From contig NW_026861540.1 in the NCBI RefSeq assembly GCF_026571515.1, positions 186,001-250,000 on the forward strand: a stretch of DNA of 64,000 bases, written 5' to 3'. How positions within the stretch are numbered: position 1 is the first letter of the stretch; each line of letters opens with the position of its first letter. This document shows positions 9,538 through 21,900 of this stretch, one piece after another. Below the pieces are notes generated by a model. The model saw only the letters and a program-made list of their open reading frames with translations. It searched no databases and was not told the DNA's origin. A program made the translations under genes and the position numbers. This DNA is from Ruditapes philippinarum. Its lineage: Eukaryota.

Positions 9538-12500
9538 ATGAGAATTTTATTCTTCTGTGTCGGCTTCCTTTGTTGTTCTGGTAAGCTTCATAATAATATT
9601 CATATTTCAGTGAAAGAAATTAAACTTATTCATTTCAAAGAATTATTGCTGGGAACCATGTCATTAAGTTGTTCGCTACTTTTTGACATTGGTACATGTG
9701 AAAAGAAAATAGCCCTGAAATTATGGAGGGGAATGTCTGCCATAATTATATGTATCTTGATGACATGATTATAGCTGAATGTTACAAATTAATTTACCGG
9801 TATGTTGATTGCATTCTTATTCATAGATTTGCTAACTGCCATGTAAATGTATACTCCGGATTCATTGCCCATTGCAAATACATGACATTGTTTCATTGCA
9901 CATTTCTATAAATTCTACAGAATTATAAAGCATGTATTCTACACAATAATTTGTCTTCTTTCACAAGACTTAAATCAAAAACAATGGTACCAATTCTGCA
10001 TTAACAATCTTCAATTCTATTCCTTGCAATGGCATATATGCATTTAAAATTATGCATTTCTGTATTTATATCATAGAAGTTGGACTAATGTAAAAACATG
10101 TATAATATGTATGCAATCAACAAACATAGACTGTAACATTCAGGATATGAACATGTTACATATACTTTTGGAGGATATTACTCTTCATACTACTCATCCC
10201 TTCTTTGAGCTGCATGCCTCTTCAATAAGACATATCAGGAACCGTGAGGCAGTTACGTTTTTTTTTACGTCACAGATGAAATCTTTGGTGTATTTAAAAT
10301 AGTTTGTAATAAGGTAATTTTGACTCATTGCGTAGTGGCATGCGCCATTTTAAAAGCTAGCAGAATGTCAACGAGCAAAGTATTTAAATAACGGGAACTG
10401 AAGTGTTTGATCAAACATTTTTACAGTGTTAAACAGAATATGTTGTTAAAATGCATTTTATATGTAAGAAAATGTGAATTCTGTTCTAACATTACAGCAT
10501 AAAATAGAGCACCTTCAGGGGGCCTTCACTGCAGAAATGTGCTAGATGACGCAATGACGCGCGCATTATTTTATTTGTTTAATTTGTGTTATAATAGCCT
10601 AAGTAAACCCGTCGCATTCAGTGCTTTCAGCGCTTTGATCTATACTGCAGTTTTAACGATTATATCAGTTTCTTTTATCATCAAATGAATTCAATGATAA
10701 GTTTCTCATGGAACTTAAAACGTTTCATTTCATTACTACGCAAAATATCCCGTTTATTTGCTTTAAATGTCTGAAATCGGCAGATTGGTACGTGTGCTTG
10801 CGATACCATAGCAGCTCTCGGAATTTTCGAAATTCAATCTCGGTTTTAGGAAAACTCTACAAGATTATCACACCATCTGATATACCTAGGAATTCCGGGT
10901 ACCCTCCACAAAATTTCTAGGGTATATTAAAATTAACAGCAAAGTTATTTATACAAATATTACTTTAATCGAGTAATATTCTCTTGACGATATATAAATC
11001 AAAGCACAGAAGGCGCTGAGTTTGTTTGGGTCTCAGAATGTAAGAAAGGTGCAGGTTGTGAGATTATATGTTTAGTGCCACCAATGCTTTCCAGCGTTTT
11101 ATATTGTAGTAAATTGGCTATAAGACTAATTGCAACACTGATATTCAATCCAATGTTTATTTGACTTTAACAATTTAAAAAAATGAGTAACCTTTACTGG
11201 GATTTGAACTCCAGACCTCTCGCTTCCTAAGCGAGCCCGAAAACCCTTCAGCCACGGTGAATTTATATGTGAACGGCATGAAGAAAACCATATTACATGT
11301 ATTCTAAATTAGGGCTTGTAACGACTTTAACTGTTGTTTAACACAGATGTAAATAATCCTGGAGCTTACTATAAGCATGTATATTTATAAAGAATCAAAC
11401 GGCTGCAAGTTCTGTGGTATTTTCTGATCTTTGCAATCTAAATCGTACTGTATATCTGTATGCATTTTCCTGCATAAGTTTATTTTTATGTATTATAATT
11501 CCTTTTGTAAGGCACCAGAGTTTGATACATACGGAATTCTGCATAACTAGAGTTGCATCAAAAAATCATTTATGTTCTTTTTTTTTACGACAGCCACACT
11601 TTATCTTTGTATATCATGGCTACTTCCTTAACAAAAACACTTAAAAAAAAGAATTTTAACAAAAAAAAAAGTTTCCTCGTCTGGGATTCGAACTCGGGAC
11701 CTCTAACTCACGAGGCGAGCGCGTTACCACTGTACCACGGAGAAGTTATACACAGTGTGTCTGAATAATATCAAGTCATTCTAAATTTAGAACTTCCGTT
11801 GCAGTTCGGGTTTGTAATCCTTATTAATTTCGTGGTATTTTTTCAGGGTAAACCTGTTGTTTGTAATTGAAGTAAATATTTTAGCAAAAATCCTCTCGCC
11901 CAAACGGTCCGGCATGTAGAATCTATATATTCCACTACTCGGTTTGTGTAGTATTCGGTAATCAACATGGCTAAAAATAATATTTTCATTGATAAAATCA
12001 TATTCATCCGCGTAATTTGTGATTGTGCATTTATTGACAATTCTATAAGCCAACGCTATTGTTTAACTTTAAATGCGTTGTAATTTGTTGGATACTTGTA
12101 ACAAAATAAAATATTTCTTTCTTTTAAATCGCTAGTTTTTAGCTGTTTTGAGAACTACTTGTTGTTAGGTTTGTAGCAAACTTCTGCGTCAGAGATTGAA
12201 TGTCCGCTTTGTATATAGTTATTTTCGATCAGAAAATACAATAAAACAATATTAGAAATCTTTGACCATTCGGGAATTACTTTGCTTGAATTGATGCGCC
12301 TGTCTTTGACCATCTTTACGCAGTGATCTCCCCTGAATTTTTCGGCTTTAGTGTACATACATAAGGGAAGTAACCGCTTCAAAAAAGTGGACTACTTTCG
12401 GCATTTGCAATTAACAACATTAGACTCTGAAATTTCGCTACCATTATTTGTTTGGTCTGACGACCCAAACAAATAAAAATCACGTGGGTCGACTTCCTAA

Positions 12501-15500
12501 GCAGAGGTGTTAAAATATAATTGCAATACATTATTTGTTAGCCATGAAAGTCAGTATGTATATAGGACTTTCAAAAACAGTTTTTATTCAGAGCGGGCGC
12601 TATGGTGCAGTGGTAACATTGATTGCCTACCAATCTAGGGATCGTGAGTTCGACCCCCCGCTACTCCACTAATATAATGAAATAACTACGAGACTGGCTA
12701 AACCAAAACATAGAACTCTAGAGACTAAACGAGAAGTACATACAAACAGAGACTAAGCAAAAGACCTAACGGAAAAGAGGAAAAGAGACAAACACGGAAC
12801 AGACAGCAAAAGACATAAGGTCGTCAACCGGCAGATAACAACAAATACTTAACGGAGCATTCTACAAGCCACAGAAATGAACAGACGACAAGACACGAAA
12901 CAGAACAGACAGGACACAATGGCATCAACGATTCAGCAAAGAGCAGGAAAGGAGGACCGATAACAGAAGGACTAACGGAACACCTAATGTAACATACAAC
13001 CAACAAAGAGCCACAGACATACCATACAACAGTCCACTACGGAGTAGTCTACAAGAAACTGAAAACAGAACGGAAAACTCAATACAGTACACATGACAAG
13101 GCACTTGACAGAACAGACAAGAAAAAACTAAAACAGGAAACAAAACGTAATATCCAACAACTAACAGAACAATATAGACGGGAAAGATACATATAATAAA
13201 GTGGTCATAAGAATGACTACGACGTCTAAGACGGATAAAAGTATTGTCACGGAACATATAGCAAGAATAATAACAAAAAATGGGTAACAATTACTTAACG
13301 AGGCTACATTAATTGCACAGACCAGACAAAAGACACGGTGGACGGCATATAAACAGAATAATAGAAGAGAAAACGAGTCACCGAATACGCAACTAAAACA
13401 TTAAAACGAAACTAATATAACTATAGATGATTAATACATGTCTTGACATAAAATAAAAGATAATAGAATAATAGAATCCCTCACGACCGAACAGAAAATA
13501 GGAAACATTAAACGGAACAAAGACACATACAAATAAAAACTTAAAGATATATATACTATGCTACTGAATATGTTTGAATAAAAATAATGAATAAACTATG
13601 TTCCCTGTTACAAGCCAAGTTAAAGATGGTCTTTTCTTTGAAAAAATGCTAGTTTCATAACAAATCTTCTTTGTGTGAGGTCAGAACATATTAATTTTAT
13701 ACTTACAAAGAGACAGTGTAACACTTTGTCAATATCTTTCAATACCAAATTTGAGCCTAGTATATCTTGAAATGACCAATAAGAACGGACTCAACAGAAT
13801 ATACAATTTAAGACTAAACGGGACTTAATATTCAGATAACTAGAAACTTAACTTTAATAAAAAATTAATTGCAGATGTGGTTTTACGTTAATTAATTGTA
13901 TTCTTTCGGGATGCAAAAAGGTTCTTCAATGCATCAACATATCAACAGTTGTACTGTTTCACTTGACACAGATATAAACCAGAGACATAGATAACTATCT
14001 AAGTTATCTACATCTCTGTATAAACACCATTATTATCACGCCCGTTAACATGTTGCGAGCAGGGCAGCTTGATGCAGGTAGAAATTACCATATAAATCTT
14101 AGTTCTTAACCTGATTACCAAAATATAATCTTTTTGTTGTCTCCTTTTATAGACATACTTTTCTATGATGTATCGGCAGCAGTCGATTGCAGAATACAAA
14201 TCTTACACAGCGCACAATTGTTCTACCCGTAAACAACTGATCTTAATGTAACCAGTTAACGGGTGTGTTTTAAGTAAATATTTACAAAATAAAACGTTGC
14301 AACGGTTTAAAATTACAGCAGTATAAACATTGCAAATACTTTAAGTTTTTTTTGTCGGACAAGACATGTATTAATCCTCTAGTTCCATATTAATGTGCGA
14401 GTTTGCAGGTGAAATTTTATCTTTTGATTACATTTTATTTCAAAAACGCCCGAAGAACAAATTGTGGGGTAGTAGCTTATTAATGTATTTCGTACTAATA
14501 ATGTCGCACCACTAAGACTGTGAATAGTTTATGCCTGATGAATGAATACAATCTTGAAAAAAAAAATTGTTTGCATGATTATCTTATTACGTTTTCAGTC
14601 ACTTCCGGTCAGGACTCTTACTCTTGCTACTGGATTATTCAACCAACCGTAGACTGTGACAATTTTGCACCTGAGCCCACATGCGGTTCCAATCTTGTAA
14701 CTTACAAAAATAGGTAAGTAAGTCATGTGCAGTTGTATAGCCCGAATTCCGTGTTCGTTCTAGGGTTAATGCAGCATGTGATCACAGAAATCGAGTATGT
14801 TCGTTTTGTCTGACTTCAAGATTATGTTTCTTTTTCTTGAAGGTCAAGGTCTTGTCTAGTTAGCTCATAATTCTATCCTAAAAGATTGTTTTGTTCAATT
14901 CATTTAAAATTAACAAAGGAATAGCCACAAAAAGCAAAAATCAGCAAAATTTAGACATTTGACCTTGAAGGTCAAGGTCATTTATAAATGAAGGTCAAAC
15001 TTAGTCTAGTCTACTTAAAGATATTGTCCAAAAGATTGTTGTCGCCAAGTATGTAGACATTACTAGACAAGAAACTAAAATTTTTAAAAGTTATGATCAA
15101 GTTATGATCAAGGTTAAACGCCGCCATGACTGTAATAATTCCTCTATTTTTATTTCGAAAATATGTCATACTTATAAATCTAGTTCATGTTTCCATAGCA
15201 ACATTGTGACCATCGAAACATTCACATTCCATATTGTGCAAAAAAAAATATGTAAAATCTACCATTGTACTAAGAGCTTACAGTTTATTTATTTGATAAA
15301 GTTAACAATAGTGCACATTGCAATAATGTAAGCAATTCGGCAAATCTCGCTGTTTTTTGCAGTGTCAAAAGATATGAAATTTTTTAAATTACCATGGAAT
15401 TTTTCGTTTATGAATTCATTTTGTGTTTAAATATCAACACCAACCTTACAAACTCTGGAAGGAAAATAAGTTGGCGTATTTGAGGATAAAAAAACAATAT

Positions 15501-16666
15501 TATGAGACCGAAACATGTTGAATTGAAAAACATGTTGAATTGAAAAATGCTGAATTAAGCTTGGTTGTTATGGTAACCAAATAAATAAAATAATCGCCAA
15601 GTGTGTTCTTGTTTCTGATAAAGCACAAAAATATGAACTTTTACTAAGATTTTGATGAATTTCTGACACGGCAGTTTTTCACTCTTGCTGAACCTAGCGC
15701 TTTGCAAAGAAATGAGCAATGAGGATTTCGCAATCGATCTCAGTAGAATGATGAAGCTCTTTTTTTAGAGGAAGTAGTCACTGAAACGAGAGATGCGCCG
15801 AGTACGTACTGCGTTGCTCCTCTGTGCCGCATGATGTTCTAAAAATAAATGTATCTTCTAAAAATAGATAATTAATTATTAAAGGTGCACGTATAGTAAG
15901 GCTCACTGCGCAGATCCGAAGATATCTGTGAAACATTATGGGGACTGTACTCCTGCTGACGGTACAACACCGACGCCAATAAACGTTGATGGCGTTGACG
16001 TCGTGTTTGACTTCTTTTGCACAAATTTGAGCCACATGAACTGTCCTGTTGGTGGTGAAAAAGTGTGTGCTGATGATGGATATACTTACGCCAATTAGTA
16101 AGTACATGTATAACGTATAAATCTTACAAAACATGAGTGGTTCTATTGTTATTTAGATATTTGATGACATTTTACCCAATGCTTAATGTGTGCATACAAG
16201 TAAACCGTATTTTGACTTATATTGAGATTGGATGTTCCTGATTCGGAGCTGCTCATGTCAAGTCGACAATCGCATCATCTCGGCCCTTTGATAAGAAGTT
16301 ATCATTAAGAATAATAGCCGAGATGTTCCGATTGGTCAAATGGCGACACAAAACGATATGAAACGATAATGAAGTAACACAGTTACTTAGAATGTCTTTT
16401 GTTAATTAAATTTTATTTGAAAAGTACTAGTATATCGTTTCTGGACTATTGTCTTGCTGAAATTGTTTACTTGATCTGTCCCACTTTGAATCGGAACTGT
16501 TCATTGTTCATACAAGGCAGACGATAAAAATGCACGTGCTATTGCCAATATTTCATAAATTCTGAAATAATTGTATGTTTCTTTCAGTTGTGAGTATGAG
16601 AAACAAAAATGCACACATCGTAGGTTGCAAGTTTTAGACTGTCCAGTGGCAGGAGCCACGCCCTAG
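9538..16666 (+). CDS. Double Kazal-domain inhibitor-like gene, copy 3 (149 aa). Exons 9538-9580, 14599-14713, 15885-16097, 16588-16666
   Basis: The first three exon lengths (43/115/213) match copy 2. MRILFFCVGFLCCSVTSGQDSYSCYWIIQPTVDCDNFAPEPTCGSNLVTYKNRCTYSKAHCADPKISVKHYGDC...FFCTNLSHMNCPVGGEKVCADDGYTYANYCEYEKQKCTHRRLQVLDCPVAGATP*. Intron 1 is 5 kb and TE-filled; AATAAA at 16725. Confidence 0.88.
11177..11261 (-). pseudogene. tRNA-Pro(AGG)-derived sequence followed by T7
   Basis: Minus strand reads CTCGC-TTAGGAA-GCGAG-AGGTCTGGAGTTCAAATCCCAG, close to eukaryotic tRNA-Pro from the anticodon arm to the T arm. The acceptor stem does not pair. Confidence 0.6.
11661..11744 (-). pseudogene. Second tRNA-Pro-like cassette followed by T10
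   Basis: Minus strand has A box TGGTACAGTGG and B box GAGTTCGAATCCC; 3' part GAGGTCCCGAGTTCGAATCCCAGACGAGG. Anticodon and T stems are imperfect. Confidence 0.6.
12545..13612 (+). mobile_element. Putative solo LTR (1068 bp) with an internal tRNA-derived head
   Basis: AGCCA(12540-44)|TGAAAG ... TGTTACA|AGCCA(13613-17): TG..CA ends and a 5-bp direct repeat. Two AATAAA lie near the 3' end, and the sharp A-rich/T-poor composition ends at the right boundary. Confidence 0.7.
12596..12668 (+). pseudogene. tRNA-like Pol III promoter cassette inside the putative LTR
   Basis: A box TGGTGCAGTGG (12603-13) and B box GAGTTCGACCC (12646-56) at tRNA-like spacing; cloverleaf stems are degenerate. Confidence 0.65.
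14830..15120. repeat. Degenerate core-repeat remnant (TTGACCTTGAAGGTCAAGGTCA motif) of a Helentron/pearl-like family
   Basis: Repeated palindromic GACCTTGAAGGTC motif; related GTGACCT motifs at ~24740-25140 and ~60640-60860. Confidence 0.4.
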
Positions 16667-16806
16667 TAATTATCACGTGGCACCGGAACAAAGTCACTTG
16701 TCATGTAATCGATGTATCTAATAGAATAAATATGTAAACAATTGTTAATTTGCTATACTAAATAATTTAACGCATTGTTTGATTTGTGTGTTTATAAAAA
16801 TGTCAT

Positions 16807-16999
16807 TTTACGGAGAAAGTAGTCCGAAATAAAGCCTCGGTTAAATTTGTGTATATTTGAAAATATCCTTTTACGCAGAAAGTAGTTCGAAATAATTCCT
16901 CAGTTAAATTTGTGTGTATTTGAAAATATCCTTCATGCAAAAAGTAGTCCGAAATAAATCCTCGGATTATATTTGTGTGTATTTGAAAATATCCTTTAC
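16807..16999. repeat. Tandem repeat, ~62-63 bp x 3
   Basis: AAAGTAGTCCGAAATAA...TTTGTGTGTATTTGAAAATATCC occurs three times. Confidence 0.85.
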
Positions 17000-18044
17000 C
17001 GATATAAATCCTAGGAGGTGGTAAGAAAAAATGTGATCCATCGGAAGAAATAAAAACAACAATAGTGTATGGAATGAGTCTGTTCATGTGAAATAATGTC
17101 AAAGCGCAATACCTTATCATTTGTACGCCATCAAGCACCGGCTTAAGCGGTCTGGAAATCTTCAACAGCCACGTGTGGAATAAATGATCCTGAAAGACTA
17201 GAAAAAAGTAACGTCACTATAAGGTTGTAAAGATCATACATTGTACTTTACAAAGAAGTTCTATTAACTGCTTTGTTATTAAAAACCCAGGAAAAGGGTA
17301 ATTCCGTCGAAGCATTAATCACATTAAAATTACATGAAATTTGCAGAGTCGGTTTGATTGAGTATGTACATAGGGATAGTGAAAAAGCGCATCATCCCCA
17401 TGCCTTTCTATCACCGGCTTTTGTCGTATATATTTTAATATATGTACACACCAATACTCCTACTTTGATAATTAGATTGAAAAACAGAAAGAAGCAAATA
17501 GCAACCAGTAGAAAGAAAAGTAGGTGTGTTCTTTTTAAAACCTTTCTTGACTTGACCTTACTTTGCGAGGACCACTTTATGTCACAAACTATTGATAAGG
17601 AAAGAAAGTTGGACTATATGAGAACTTATGCTCGCTACATAAAATACCAATTTTATAATAATAAAGATGCATTACCTCGTGCATTATGAGCAAATAAGTA
17701 AAAGTCATAGGAATAGTGCATTCTATACATACATGTATTTCCGTTGAATCTGTGTCAGGCGTTTTCACTATTTTATTTATTATTATTTTTCGTTTTTTGA
17801 GCAGCCATAGAATCCTGTCATTTACAGGACTTAAAATTTTCTATCCTTCTTCTTCTTAAAAAAAAAAGAATATTTGAGCGGGAACATAGACATATACAAA
17901 AATGTAGATGTGATTAAAATTGCTTTGCAGATAAATGATTTATGGAAAAGTACCTTTTAAAAAGGCATTTTAAGATTAATTGTTTTTGTAGCTATACAGC
18001 GATTTTTTGATAATACAAATGCATGGTCAACAAAGGTTAACCAA

Positions 18045-18235
18045 TAGACCGGGTGGTTATGGTTGTTGACATCAAACCACTCGTCTCTCACCGCTGTTGA
18101 TTCGAATCCCGACAGGAATGTGGATTCTTTCATGTGAGGAAGCTATCCAGCTAGCTTACGGATCGTCAGTGGTTCTTATCAGGTGTCCGTCACCATATGA
18201 CAATATTCTTTGTTGGTGTGACGTAAAACTCGTTA
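18045..18235 (+). mobile_element. tRNA-derived SINE, family A (internally deleted)
   Basis: B box GATTCGAATCCC, body GAGGAAGCTATCCAGCTAGCTTACGG...GTGGTTCT, tail GTTGGTGTGACGTAAAAC. Shared with copies at 22045, 42702 and 45920. Confidence 0.7.
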
Positions 18236-18864
18236 AAGAAACTTGGTCTCACAGCTAAGATTCATAACTCAAAACCGCTACGTTTGTAAATGAAAATGCA
18301 GTTATTTCCCTTTGACAATAAAAATTAATATAGCATTCGTTTGTAAATATCATAATCAATAACATGTATTTCTATATCCCTTATGCTTCACATTGTCAGG
18401 AAAAATACATGTCTGACCTATGTAAGACAGTTTAAAAAAATAAACATCTAAAGAAATTCCAAACTGTCCGGGATATGAAGTCTTATAAGTTTATGTCTGC
18501 CATTACACTTGCATGTGATATTTACTTTATTATCGCTCTTTTAATTACTTCTTTTTGAACGTTTCATCATCAGACGATAACTGTTAAATAAATCTTTTAC
18601 AGCTTAATCATTTTCAAGACAGATAATCGCCAGCATATTAGTGGTCGCCAACCTTATTTTGATAAAAACCGTCCAGGAACAAAATGGCTGCTGTTTTAAC
18701 ATTCAAATATAAAGTGTACATTTCAAAATTGGAGCTTTTTAAAATAAACAAATGTTATCAAGTATAAGAATTTTTTTTTTAATAAAAGGTTCAATAGGTT
18801 AAAGAATTGTGACTAAATATGGATTTAAAAACCCTTATCTTTAAGACTTATGGGATGAGATCTC

Positions 18865-18870
18865 TATAAA
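18865..18870 (+). promoter_or_regulatory. TATA box of Kazal copy 4
   Basis: TATAAA starting 49 bp upstream of ATG 18914. Confidence 0.55.
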
Positions 18871-18913
18871 GATAACGAGTTCAACACATTTGAACAACAG
18901 TTCAACAAATTAA

Positions 18914-21900
18914 ATGAAGTACGGAAAGAGGACGATGTTTGTTTTACTAGCTGCGATTTTGTGTTGTTTTAACGGTAAATATGAAAGCGTTTTTATATCT
19001 ATATTCAACAAGATAAAGTGTCACATAGTAAGAGACAGGGACTCGAATCCGAGACTATCGGTAAACCGTTCCGGAGCGCTAACAACTGGGCTATTTGGCC
19101 GCTTCCTTAATAAGTGAACTGTTCTATACCGTTGATTGGTCATTACCCACAAGTTGGTCCCAACCCCCGCTCCTTTCCCATAGCATATAAACTGAAATGT
19201 TTTTCATGTAAAAAACGGTGGTTGAACTGCACTCTGGTAAATTCAATGCGGCTTACTACCGTGATCCATAGTGAAAAATGCCAACACCACAACATGCAAA
19301 ATGCGTTTAAATATTTGGTATATGATATTTCATTTCCCGATTTCTTTTTTTTTAAATAATTATAAATTTTCTTTTATTTAGGACAACTCATTCAATTTTC
19401 TTCAACACCCCTACCATTAATTATCATATATCAAATTTTGCATAAAAAAAACTGCATATTTAACTTCTTAGGAAAGATAGGACTTAGTTTATACTTATTT
19501 ATTTTAGTTCGATTGTGTTGGAAGCTATAAGCTTATTGAAACACTCTCAAACCCACTAGTACTTAGCAATGGGTGTAAAGTGTATTTTTCACGGACAGGG
19601 TTTGAGCAATTCTTAGATTACTAATTTGACGCGTTTACCACTCGGTAGCACCGATATGTAATGCTGTGTTCTCACCGCCGATCAGATCAACTCGATCAAG
19701 TGATCGGGTACCGGTCTAGCTCGGTCTGCATGCGTGGTCAGGGGTGGTCGGAGCGGTCTACCTTGGTCGGCATGGCTCGGGCTTCCTACCAGATTTTTTT
19801 TGACATGTCAAAAAAACTCGAGTAGCGATCGAGTAGATAAGCGGTCCAGAAGCGATCGTATAGTGATCGAGTAGAAGATCTAGTTGATCGAGAATAAATC
19901 GTGTAATGATCTAGTTTGATCGGGTATACATGATATTACCCGATCTGTACACGATCATCTCGACTTCTACTCGAGCATTATCCGATCGCAACCCAATCAA
20001 CTCTACCTCTGTTCGATCTATTGTCCAGAATAACTAGACTACTATCCGACTGCTACACGACCACACACGATCGCTTCCCGATAGTTATTCGACCATACAC
20101 GAGTTTACGTGACCTTAACAATATATAGATGTAAACTTATTGTTGGTATCTTATTAGCTGTTACAAATTTGAAGATAGAGCAACTTCCAAATTCTGACAA
20201 CAAAAATGTCCAGAAAGGGCAAAAAGGCAACATGCAGTACGAGTAGTAGGACCATCTGGACCGCAACTGCAACTGCTCAATCTCCGCCATGAACTAATGT
20301 GAACTTAGATTGTATTCTAAACAATTCGATACACGACTATTCACGACGCAATTACGATAATTACGATCTGGTCGGATGGGAATCTGGCAACGATCGAGCA
20401 GAGGTCAAGTTAGTCTAGTTGAGATCGTGTATGACTCGCGTATAGGTCTGGGTGATCGAGAAGAAGTCGGGGTGTTGGTCGGGTTGTCGTCGAGATGAAG
20501 TCGTATTACATCGTGTAGGGTCGACTTGAGGTCGTGTAGGACTCGTGAATGTGCATTTAATCTAGCTTGGTCGGACTTCATCGGGGAATTAATGTGATCG
20601 GGACGATAGAGTTGATCTGATCGGCGGTGAGAACAAAGTATAAGGGTTGTAGGGGGTGGTTGTGGTAGTGACCGGTCAACGGGTACACAGTATTATGATT
20701 TATCTTTTTATTGAAGGAGTTGTGAACGGCGACATTTACTACTCATGTTCCTACATCAACACTCCCAGTGTGGACTGTAGTCGATTTTCTGATGATTTAA
20801 CCTGTGCAACCAACCTTGTCACATACAAAAACAAGTAATTTACGTCCTGTACTATTAATTTTGATTTTATTATTTTATTCGTTGATTCAAGCGATTTTAA
20901 ATTTAGGAAATGGCGTTACTTCCGGATATCTATAGCAACTTCCGGTACAGAAATAAATTACATGAGTTGGTCGTTTAAAAAAAGGTTTCCCGTATGATAA
21001 TTGTTGTCTGGTTCTCATTATCATACCATTCAAATAAATTAATAGGGACAACACTTCGTACCTAGAAAGTTTGGTGACTAGTAATAGATCATTTCAACGG
21101 GATATAGGTTCAGATGTCTGGATTCTAATGTACAACTAATACTTTACATCTCTAACATACGTTGTGCAAGATCTTTTATACAATTAATTAAAAGTGATTT
21201 TTTTCTTGAAACTTGAAACTTCTTCTTTTGTAGATGCGAATTCAGTAAAGCCCATTGTCGTGACAGCACAATTGATATAAAGCACTACGGAAATTGCACA
21301 AGTGCTGATGGCACAACACCTGCACCCATAAATGGAGCAGGGTCTGACCACGTTCTCGACTTCTTTTGTACACATCTAAGTCACACTAACTGTCCGGTCG
21401 GAGGGACTAAAATCTGTGCTTCGGACGGGCGAATCTATGACAACGCGTAAGATATTATTTTTTTCTGTATATTTAGAGCACATACACCTTGTGATTTTAC
21501 GTCTATCATTTCCAATCGTATTATTTTTATAGTGTTTTTTATTTGGTCTCCGTAAAAAAATATTTCGATGGCTAATAGGCGAACTAACTAAATGGCCAAT
21601 TTAATTTGCAAATATGTCGTGCAAAATTAGTTTAAATTTACAATTTTAAAGCTCTACATTTGTTGATCAGATATTGACAAAATACTATAGTGCTGCACGC
21701 GGTATTTTAATCATGTCCATTTAGGAATGGGATGATCATTTAGGGATGGGATGGTCATTTAGGGATGGGGTGATCATTTAAGGATGGGATGGGGTTGGGG
21801 TGGTCCAAAAACTGCATATTTTTACTCGAAGATTATCAAGCCGAATATCATATGAAGGCAATTTGTGTCCATTGTAGATGTTTATTGATTTTTAATCGTG

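Larger units (their letters stand above)
10514..12337. mobile_element. Non-autonomous TIR element (~1.8 kb) carrying two tRNA-like cassettes
   Basis: Left end TTCAGGGGGCCTTCACTGCAGAAA versus reverse complement of right end TTCAGGGGAGATCACTGCGTAAA. No clean TSD seen. Confidence 0.55.

Noticed and set aside
11177-11744. Calling the two tRNA-like units true tRNA genes
   Set aside because: Broken acceptor, T or anticodon stems; kept as tRNA-derived cassettes.
12620-12636. GATT-GCCTACC-AATC could be read as an anticodon arm with CUA (amber suppressor tRNA)
   Set aside because: Acceptor and T stems do not pair and the loop lacks U33; it is a degenerate tRNA-derived promoter, not a functional tRNA.
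12824-13290. Hydrophobic minus-strand ORFs (60 and 121 aa) resembling membrane proteins
   Set aside because: By-product of the T-rich minus strand of the LTR-like element; non-ATG starts and no family signal.
16803-17689. ORFs of 120 and 138 aa downstream of Kazal copy 3
   Set aside because: The first runs through a 63-bp tandem repeat; the second has a TTG start and no motif or splice support.
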